DNA of 64,000 bases from Gemmatimonadota bacterium (lineage in GTDB: Bacteria > Gemmatimonadota > Gemmatimonadetes > Gemmatimonadales > GWC2-71-9), in contig JBDHAB010000021.1 in the NCBI GenBank assembly GCA_039588295.1, positions 9,112 through 73,111 of the forward strand, read 5' to 3'. The notes beneath the pieces were generated by a model. That model was not told the origin of the DNA and ran no database searches. It saw only the letters and a list, made by a program, of their open reading frames with translations. Made by a program: the position numbers and the translations under genes. Numbering within the stretch: position 1 is the first letter of the stretch; every line of letters begins with the position of its first letter. Shown here in pieces: positions 57,577-64,000 of this stretch.

Positions 57577-58281
57577 ATGCGTTGGCGTTCATTACTCACA
57601 GGAGCCGTGGTGCTCGGTCTGGTTCTTCCCAGCATCGCGGTGGCGCAGGACTCGAGGCCCGGTATTGCCGTCCTGCCCTTCGAAGACGGTGGATCGTACG
57701 GGGAGGACAAGGAGGACTTCCAGGCGCTGTCGATCGGCCTGCAGCAGATGCTCATCACGGAGTTCGCCGCCAACGGCAACCTCCGGGTGGTCGACCGGGC
57801 ACGCATCAAGGAGATCCTCGCCGAGCTGGAGCTCGGTACGTCCGGGAAGGTCGACGCACAGACCGCCGCCCGGGTTGGCCAGCTCGTCGGCGCCCGCTAC
57901 ATGGTGATGGGTGGCTTCGTCGACTGGTTCGGCGACATGCGGCTTGATGCCCGGATCGTGAGCACGGAGACCAGCGAAGTCGTCAAGGTAGAGCGCCGCC
58001 GCGACGATCGTGCCGAACTGTTCCCCATGGTTGTGGATTTGGCGGACGGGATTACCAAGGATCTCGATCTTCCACAGCTTCCGCGCAACGAGGCGCAACA
58101 GCGACAGCAACGCAGTGAGCGAATCGATCACGAGGCCGTGCAGCTGTACATGAAGGCGCTGTTCTACGCCGACCGCGGTGATACGGATCGCGCCGTCGAG
58201 CTGTTCAACCAGGTGACCGCACGGTTCCCGGACTACACGGAGGCTCATGAGGCCCTGAGGCAGATCCAGCAGGGGCCTTAA
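57577..58281 (+). CDS. Secreted CsgG/HfaB (TolB_N-like) domain protein with a C-terminal TPR
   Basis: Signal peptide AVA-Q. IAVLPF, VVDR..I..IL.EL, A..VG.L.GA.Y and RLDARIV..ET. Confidence 0.8.
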   Translation: MRWRSLLTGAVVLGLVLPSIAVAQDSRPGIAVLPFEDGGSYGEDKEDFQALSIGLQQMLITEFAANGNLRVVDRARIKEILAELELGTSGKVDAQTAARVGQLVGARYMVMGGFVDWFGDMRLDARIVSTETSEVVKVERRRDDRAELFPMVVDLADGITKDLDLPQLPRNEAQQRQQRSERIDHEAVQLYMKALFYADRGDTDRAVELFNQVTARFPDYTEAHEALRQIQQGP

Positions 58282-58290
58282 CGGCGTCGC

Positions 58291-59073
58291 GTGACGACGC
58301 CGGTTGCGGCATTCGGTAGGGGAGTAGCGCGCACAGTCGCCTGGATCGGCGCACTGGCGCGCTTCTCATTTGAGGCTGGGAGGGCGACACGCTGGTTCCC
58401 CCGCGCGGGCCGGCGCGTCGCCGTTCGTGTGCTGGCCAAACAGGTGCGTTTCACGGCCCTCCAGGCGATTCCGCTGATCGTCATCCTGGCGTCGATCCTG
58501 AGTTTTCTCGTCATCTCCCAGGCGACTCGCGAGTTGGGCCGACTCGGGGCGACGGAGTTGATCGGCCGACTCATGGTCGTGGTCATCGTCCGGGAGCTCG
58601 GCCCGCTTCTCACCGCGCTCGTGGTGGCCGGTCGGTCTGGGACCGCCATCGCGGCCGAGCTGGCCACCAACAAGGTGATGGGCGAACTCAATGCCCTCCT
58701 CGGAATGGGAATCGATCCCTTGCACTACCTCGTGCTTCCCCGGTTGGGTGCCGCGATCCTATCGGTCTTTGGCTTGATCATCTGCTTCGACCTGGTCGCC
58801 ATTCTGGCGGGATACGTCGCAGCGGGATCGGCCGGCATGACCAGCGCCCGGTACTTTGACATCGTCCTCGCCTCACTCACGTTCCGGGACGTGTGGCTCA
58901 CGGCTGCCAAGGGACTCGCGTTCGGTGTGATCATCGGCATCGTTCCGGCCTATCACGGACTCGCGATCCGTGGATCCCCCACCGAAGTACCCGTGGCCTC
59001 CAGTCAGGCGGTCATGGGAAGCATCCTGGTGATTTTTGTATGTTCAGGTCTCTTCGTCGCGCTCCTCACATGA
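58291..59073 (+). CDS. MlaE-family ABC permease
   Basis: RELGPLLTALVVAGRSGTAIAAEL and AL..MGIDP..YLV.PR. Confidence 0.92.
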   Translation: MTTPVAAFGRGVARTVAWIGALARFSFEAGRATRWFPRAGRRVAVRVLAKQVRFTALQAIPLIVILASILSFLVISQATRELGRLGATELIGRLMVVVIVRELGPLLTALVVAGRSGTAIAAELATNKVMGELNALLGMGIDPLHYLVLPRLGAAILSVFGLIICFDLVAILAGYVAAGSAGMTSARYFDIVLASLTFRDVWLTAAKGLAFGVIIGIVPAYHGLAIRGSPTEVPVASSQAVMGSILVIFVCSGLFVALLT

Positions 59074-59741
59074 CGGAATCCGTGTTGCGCTTTGAGGATG
59101 TTGTGATCCCGGGCACGCCTAACCCGCTCTCACTGGAAGTGCCCGATCACCAGGCCGTCTTGATCACGGGGCCGGAGGCGAGCGGCGTCGACGCACTTCC
59201 CGCAATCGCACTACGACTCCGTCGGCCCGCCCGAGGGCGGGTCTTCCTGTTCGGCGAGCCGATCGACGCCCTTTCCCCTCGCGCGGTGCTCGCGTTTCGA
59301 CGCAAGGTCGGATACCTTCCCGCCGGCGACGGTCTCTTGCACAACCTCTCGCTGCATGAGAACGTCGCCCTGCCGCTGCGGTTCGGCAGTGACCTGTCGG
59401 AACATGCGATTCAGGGCCGGCTCCAAGTCATGCTTGCGCTCCTCCGGATCGCAGACGCGGCCGACCGGCGACCGGCGGAAGCGACCGAGGAGCAGCGCCG
59501 TCGAGCGGCACTGGCCCGGGCCTTGGCCTTCGACCCGAAGCTCCTGATTCTCGCGGATCCGTTCGACGGCCTGACAGCCAAGACGGCGGCGGAGTTGTTC
59601 GAGATATCGCGGGGCGGCGAGACGGGCGAAGGCTCGCGTCGTGCCGTGTTCATGACCGCCCAGTTCGTTCCCGAGCGACTCGAGACGCGGATCGAGTACC
59701 GCTACCGGCTCACCTCGGGTACGCTGCAACCGGTACTCTGA
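59070..59741 (+). CDS. MlaF-like ABC ATPase with degenerate catalytic motifs
   Basis: ABC scaffold recognisable (ENVALPL, ALARALAFDP). Walker A reads GPEASGVD, the signature reads ATEEQ, Walker B reads LILADP, and there is no H-loop His. Confidence 0.85.
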   Translation: MTESVLRFEDVVIPGTPNPLSLEVPDHQAVLITGPEASGVDALPAIALRLRRPARGRVFLFGEPIDALSPRAVLAFRRKVGYLPAGDGLLHNLSLHENVALPLRFGSDLSEHAIQGRLQVMLALLRIADAADRRPAEATEEQRRRAALARALAFDPKLLILADPFDGLTAKTAAELFEISRGGETGEGSRRAVFMTAQFVPERLETRIEYRYRLTSGTLQPVL

Positions 59742-60667
59742 CGGCGGGAGGACGTACGGGACGCACGGACTTCTTCGTCGGGTTGTTTGTCCTCGTGAGT
59801 CTTGGCGTGCTCATAGGGGCGCTCGTGCTGACGAGCGGCATGCTCGAGGGACGGTACGACATCCACATGTACGCCGTCGAGGCCGAGGGGCTGAACCAAG
59901 ACACGCGCGTCGTGCTCCAGGGACTCGAGATCGGACGCGTGAAGAACGTCAATCCGCAGCTCGACCGAGCGACCAACACGTTGTCGTTCATCGCAACCCT
60001 GTCGATCCGCGAACGGTTTCCTGACGGCACACGATTGACCCTGCCGGCGGGCACGCGAGCGCTGATTGCACCGCCGCCGACGTTGGTCGGTCCGACGCTT
60101 ATCCACCTGGTCATGCCGCCCCCCTCACGGGACACTTTGTTCCTCCAGACCGGGGACACCATCGCGTCCGAGCGGCGCGCCGGGGTCCTGGACGCGCTGT
60201 CCGAGATCGCCATCGACTTCCGCGGCCAGCTGGACTCGACCCTGGCCGAAACCCGCTCACTCCTGCGACGCACGGCACACACGGTCCGCGAAACGGGAGC
60301 TTTACTGACCCAGGCCCGGCCCCAGGTGGACCGGGTGTTGGCGCGGCTCGACGCCGGATTGGGGCGGACCGAAGACATCCTGGCCGAGGTGGAGCCTCGC
60401 GTCGGCCCCCTGAGTGACAGTCTCGTCGCGACATTGGCCGCAACCCACCAGCTGCTGGTCGAACTGGACAGCCTCACGTCGCTGGCGCAGACTATGGTCC
60501 AGGAGAACCGCGGTGCCATCAGCCAGACGCTCGAGAACTTGAACCGGTCGGCGATCGTGTTGCAGCATTTCGCTGACCAGATCAGTCGGCGACCACTCCG
60601 ATTCCTCTGGGGCGTGACGCCTCCACCGAATACGGTCGTCCCACCCGACTCGTCGCACCAGCCGTGA
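59738..60667 (+). CDS. MlaD/MCE-domain protein (start probably non-canonical, upstream of the TTG at 59783)
   Basis: DFFVGLFVL TM, EGL....V...G..IG.V MCE motif, helical linker and C-terminal P.RFL.G. Confidence 0.88.
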   Translation: MTAGGRTGRTDFFVGLFVLVSLGVLIGALVLTSGMLEGRYDIHMYAVEAEGLNQDTRVVLQGLEIGRVKNVNPQLDRATNTLSFIATLSIRERFPDGTRLTLPAGTRALIAPPPTLVGPTLIHLVMPPPSRDTLFLQTGDTIASERRAGVLDALSEIAIDFRGQLDSTLAETRSLLRRTAHTVRETGALLTQARPQVDRVLARLDAGLGRTEDILAEVEPRVGPLSDSLVATLAATHQLLVELDSLTSLAQTMVQENRGAISQTLENLNRSAIVLQHFADQISRRPLRFLWGVTPPPNTVVPPDSSHQP

Positions 60668-62625
60668 AGTACCTGCTGCTCCACGCCACCTCGCTCGAGC
60701 TCGGCGGCCTCACGTCCGCCCTCGCCGCTGAAGACATCACCGTCCGAGCAATCTCGTCCGCGAACGAATTGAACGCCGGTCACATTCCGACGGCGCTCCT
60801 GCTCCACCCCGACAGTCGTACCCTGTTCGGACAGCTCCACCTGCAGCGATTCACACGGGACGGCGGCGGCGTGGTCGCCCTCGGTGCCGCGGGCGAGAAG
60901 GATCCGCCCGACGACCTCACCGATGACGTTGTGAGTGTGTTCGTCCCGCATCCACACGGCCGGCGTCAACTGTTGCTCGCCTTGCGCACCGCCTACCGCG
61001 AGGCAGCCGCCCGGGCGGACGCCCTGAACGCACGCACCGAAGCGGCGTCCCGAACCAGAGAGCTCTCGGAACTCACGCACATCGGCATGGCGCTCACGAC
61101 GGAGCACGACTACAACACCCTCCTGGACCTCATTCTCACCCAGGCACGGAAGATCACGAATTCCGACGCCGGGAGTCTCTACCTGGTGGAGAAGCCCGAA
61201 GGGGAGCCCCGCCAACTTCGGTTCAAGCTCTCGCAGAACATGTCCCGCCCCGACATCCCGTTCGTCGAATACACGATGCCGATCGACATCTCCAGTATTG
61301 CGGGAAACGCCGCCACCACCGGTCACCCCCTCGTCATCGACGACGTCTACGACCTGGGATCCGCCGTCGAGTACACATTCAATCGCTCGTTCGACGAGAA
61401 GTACGGGTATCGATCCAAATCGATGCTCACGATCCCGATGAAGGACCACAAGAACGAGGTCATCGGGGTGCTGCAGCTCATCAACCGCAAGCGGCATGGA
61501 ACGGCGAAACTCACGGAGCCCGAGGACTTCCGAACGGAGATCATCTCCTATTCTCAGCGCCAGGTAGACCTCGTCTCGGCCCTCGCTGGCCAGGCGGCCG
61601 TGTCGATCGAGAACAGCCAACTCTACGAGGACATCGAGCGGCTGTTCGAAGGGTTCGTGCTCGCATCGGTGACGGCCATTGAGCAACGTGATCCGACGAC
61701 GTTCGGCCACTCGGGGCGCGTCGCATCGATGACGGTCGCGCTCGCGGGCGCGGTAGACAAGGACGGCGACGGTGCGTATCGCAACGTGAAGTTCGCCCGC
61801 CAGGAGATCCGCGAGATCCGCTATGCCGGCTTGCTGCACGACTTCGGAAAGGTCGGTGTGCGCGAACAGGTATTGGTCAAAGCCAAGAAGCTCTATCCGC
61901 CCGATCTCGCTCTCATCAGGCTCCGACATGCGTTCATTCATCGCACCGCGGAGGGTGAGTTCCACTTGCAGCGGCTCCGGTTTCTGGAGACGCACGGAAG
62001 AGAGGGTTATGAGGAGTATGCCCGGCGGCTGGAGGAGGAGCACCGCAGCAAACTAGACGAGTTGGATCGCTTCCTACACTTGGTGTCTCGGTCCAACGAA
62101 CCGACGGTGCTCCCGGAAGGCAGCTTCGACGACCTGCTCCATTACGCCAACCGGTACTATCAGGATCTGGAGGGTACCGAACTCCCGTACCTCACCGACG
62201 ATGAAGTGCGGTTCCTCAGCATTCGCAAAGGGAGTCTCGACGAGAGCGAACGACTGGAAATCCAGAGCCACGTCACCCACACCTATCGGTTCCTGCTGCA
62301 GATCCCGTGGACCAAGGAGCTGCAGTCTATCCCAAAGATCGCCTACGGACACCACGAGAAGCTGGACGGCTCCGGCTACCCGCGTCGGATCCGCGGCGAT
62401 TACATCCCGATTCAGACGCGGATGATGACGATTTCCGATATCTTCGATGCGCTCACGGCTGCCGACCGCCCCTACAAGCGCGCGGTCCCGGTACCCAAAG
62501 CGCTGGACATTCTCGCAGAAGAAACGAATGCCGGTATGCTGGATCCGGGGCTGTTCAAACTGTTCGTGGACGCGCGAGTGTTTGAGAAGGCCTCCGAGAG
62601 CGGAGATCCCACGTCGTACGCCTGA
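60664..62625 (+). CDS. GAF + HD-GYP cyclic-dinucleotide phosphodiesterase
   Basis: GAF (DAGSLY, KSMLTIP, GVLQLIN). GHS.RV, LHDFGK, HHEKLDGSGYP and DIFDALT..RPYK. Confidence 0.93.
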   Translation: MKYLLLHATSLELGGLTSALAAEDITVRAISSANELNAGHIPTALLLHPDSRTLFGQLHLQRFTRDGGGVVALGAAGEKDPPDDLTDDVVSVFVPHPHGRRQLLLALRTAYREAAARADALNARTEAASRTRELSELTHIGMALTTEHDYNTLLDLILTQARKITNSDAGSLYLVEKPEGEPRQLRFKLSQNMSRPDIPFVEYTMPIDISSIAGNAATTGHPLVIDDVYDLGSAVEYTFNRSFDEKYGYRSKSMLTIPMKDHKNEVIGVLQLINRKRHGTAKLTEPEDFRTEIISYSQRQVDLVSALAGQAAVSIENSQLYEDIERLFEGFVLASVTAIEQRDPTTFGHSGRVASMTVALAGAVDKDGDGAYRNVKFARQEIREIRYAGLLHDFGKVGVREQVLVKAKKLYPPDLALIRLRHAFIHRTAEGEFHLQRLRFLETHGREGYEEYARRLEEEHRSKLDELDRFLHLVSRSNEPTVLPEGSFDDLLHYANRYYQDLEGTELPYLTDDEVRFLSIRKGSLDESERLEIQSHVTHTYRFLLQIPWTKELQSIPKIAYGHHEKLDGSGYPRRIRGDYIPIQTRMMTISDIFDALTAADRPYKRAVPVPKALDILAEETNAGMLDPGLFKLFVDARVFEKASESGDPTSYA

Positions 62626-62646
62626 GCGGCACGCCGCGCCGGCCGG

Positions 62647-64000
62647 TCAGCGGGCGGACCCCCACCCTCCACCTCCCGGCGTCTCGATCGTGAGCACATC
62701 CCCAGGAACCATCCGAAACTCGGCGCGCCCCGCCACGTCTCGTCCGTTGAGCGTGTTCCGGCCCGGGACACCGTCTTCACCACCGGCAACACCGCGCGGC
62801 ACGTGTCTCCGACGCTCGCCGATGAGACTCACGTCCACGTCATCGAGTGATTCGTAACTGCGGATCACACCGGCCCCGCCGGGCCACGCGCCGGCACCGC
62901 CACTGTCCGCTCGCAGTCCGTACCGCACGATACGAAGCGGGTGCTCGAGCTCAAACACCTCGATTGGCGTATTTCGGGTGTTCGACATGCCCACGTGGAC
63001 TCCCGATGGGCCGGGACCGGTCTGCGATGCGCCTTGTCCGCCGCCGAGCGTCTCGTAGTAGGTCCATCCAGCCCCACCAAACACGACGTTGTTCATCGTT
63101 CCCTGACCCTGCGCCGGAACCGCCGCCGCGCCAGCCAGCGCGAGAAACATCGTGTCCACGATGCGCTGCGACGTCTCCACGTTTCCCGCGGCAACCGCTC
63201 GAGGCCTCGGCGCATTCACGATGGTGCCGGCCGGCGCGTGCACCGTTACGGCGCGGTGGAGTCCACCGTTGTTGGGAATGTCCTCTCCCACCAGGCAGCG
63301 AACGACGAACAGCACGGCGGATCGCGTGACGGCGATGGGGCAGTTCACGTTGCCGAGTGCAGCCGACGCACTGCCGGCAAAGTCCACAACGAGGGAACCG
63401 TCCCTCACGTCGATGGCCACGCGAATCACGACGTCGTCAGTGGAAACTCCGTCACCTTCCAGGTAGTCCGTCGCTTCGTAACGCCCCGCACGAACCTGCG
63501 CGCCGAGTGCGGCACGTGTGCGGCGTTCCACATAGTCCAAGAGATCGTGTGACGCCCCGTCGATGTGGGCACGGCCATGTCGGTGCACCAACTCCCGAAA
63601 CCGGAGCGCGCCACGTTCACACGCGGCGAGCTGCGCGGCCAGGTCACCACGGCGGATCTCGGGGGTCCGTACGTTGGCGAGCAAGAGTCGCACGAGATCT
63701 TCGTGCACGACCCCCCGCGTGGCCCATCGAACCGGGGGTATGATGAGACCTTCCTCGTAGACCTCCGTGGAGTGCGGCGGCATGCTCCCAGGGCGCGAGC
63801 CACCTACATCCGAATGATGGGCCCGGACGACGGTGAACCCGCCGACGAGACCGTCGAGGTCGATGGCGTGCACGAAGGTGATATCCGGAAGGTGCGTGCC
63901 CCCGGTGTACGGGTCGTTGAGGATGAACGTGTCGCCCGGATTCGGCTCCAGGGCGCGAACTGCTGCGACGGCTTCCGGCATCGCCCCCAGATGGACGGGG
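62647..64000 (-). CDS. Hydantoinase B / 5-oxoprolinase family protein, 5'-truncated by the window edge
   Basis: PVHLGAM, NDPYTGGTHLPD, HHSDVGG..PGSM, GTMNN, NTPIE and TPGGGGWG. Confidence 0.93.
   Translation of the reverse strand, partial: PVHLGAMPEAVAAVRALEPNPGDTFILNDPYTGGTHLPDITFVHAIDLDGLVGGFTVVRAHHSDVGGSRPGSMPPHSTEVYEEGLIIPPVRWATRGVVHEDLVRLLLANVRTPEIRRGDLAAQLAACERGALRFRELVHRHGRAHIDGASHDLLDYVERRTRAALGAQVRAGRYEATDYLEGDGVSTDDVVIRVAIDVRDGSLVVDFAGSASAALGNVNCPIAVTRSAVLFVVRCLVGEDIPNNGGLHRAVTVHAPAGTIVNAPRPRAVAAGNVETSQRIVDTMFLALAGAAAVPAQGQGTMNNVVFGGAGWTYYETLGGGQGASQTGPGPSGVHVGMSNTRNTPIEVFELEHPLRIVRYGLRADSGGAGAWPGGAGVIRSYESLDDVDVSLIGERRRHVPRGVAGGEDGVPGRNTLNGRDVAGRAEFRMVPGDVLTIETPGGGGWGSAR

Noticed and set aside
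1..64000. CRISPR arrays, rRNA, IS elements, prophage genes, recognisable defence systems
   Set aside because: No regularly spaced repeats, and no transposase, phage structural or known defence motifs were seen.

Overview
This is a GC-rich bacterial chromosomal segment. Gene content and order suggest Gemmatimonadota, but that is an inference. It is mostly housekeeping: a beta-oxidation pair (thiolase, acyl-CoA dehydrogenase), tRNA-Ser-gltX, a minus-strand operon (rsmI-DUF4159-DUF4175-TPR-Tat protein-JAB/DinG-aminotransferase), trxA, mce, pdxJ, ispE-tRNA-Gln-prs-rplY-pth-hppA-ychF, rpsF-rpsR-DUF2232-rplI-fakA/B-rsfS, an Omp85-family protein, smc, an S8 peptidase, lolA, ctpA, tmk and rpmE-prfA-prmC. 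Five observations stand out. (1) A Crp - MBL hydrolase - CsgG-like - MlaE - MlaF - MlaD - GAF/HD-GYP module whose ABC ATPase has lost all catalytic motifs, a candidate envelope-sensing and cyclic-nucleotide signalling system. (2) A decayed 1.3-kb integrative element that entered tRNA-Gln at the anticodon loop and duplicated the 5' half of the tRNA rather than the usual 3' half, with an unannotated integrase fragment. (3) An internal deletion and frameshift in pth that fuses its N-terminus in frame to hppA, possibly an assembly artefact. (4) Several genes whose only sensible start codon is CTG. (5) A pseudo-Hpt protein, an ADP-ribosyltransferase-like small protein and leaderless or short-leader promoters. 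No CRISPR array, rRNA or intact transposase/integrase was seen. All family assignments come from motif recognition by eye, not database searches.
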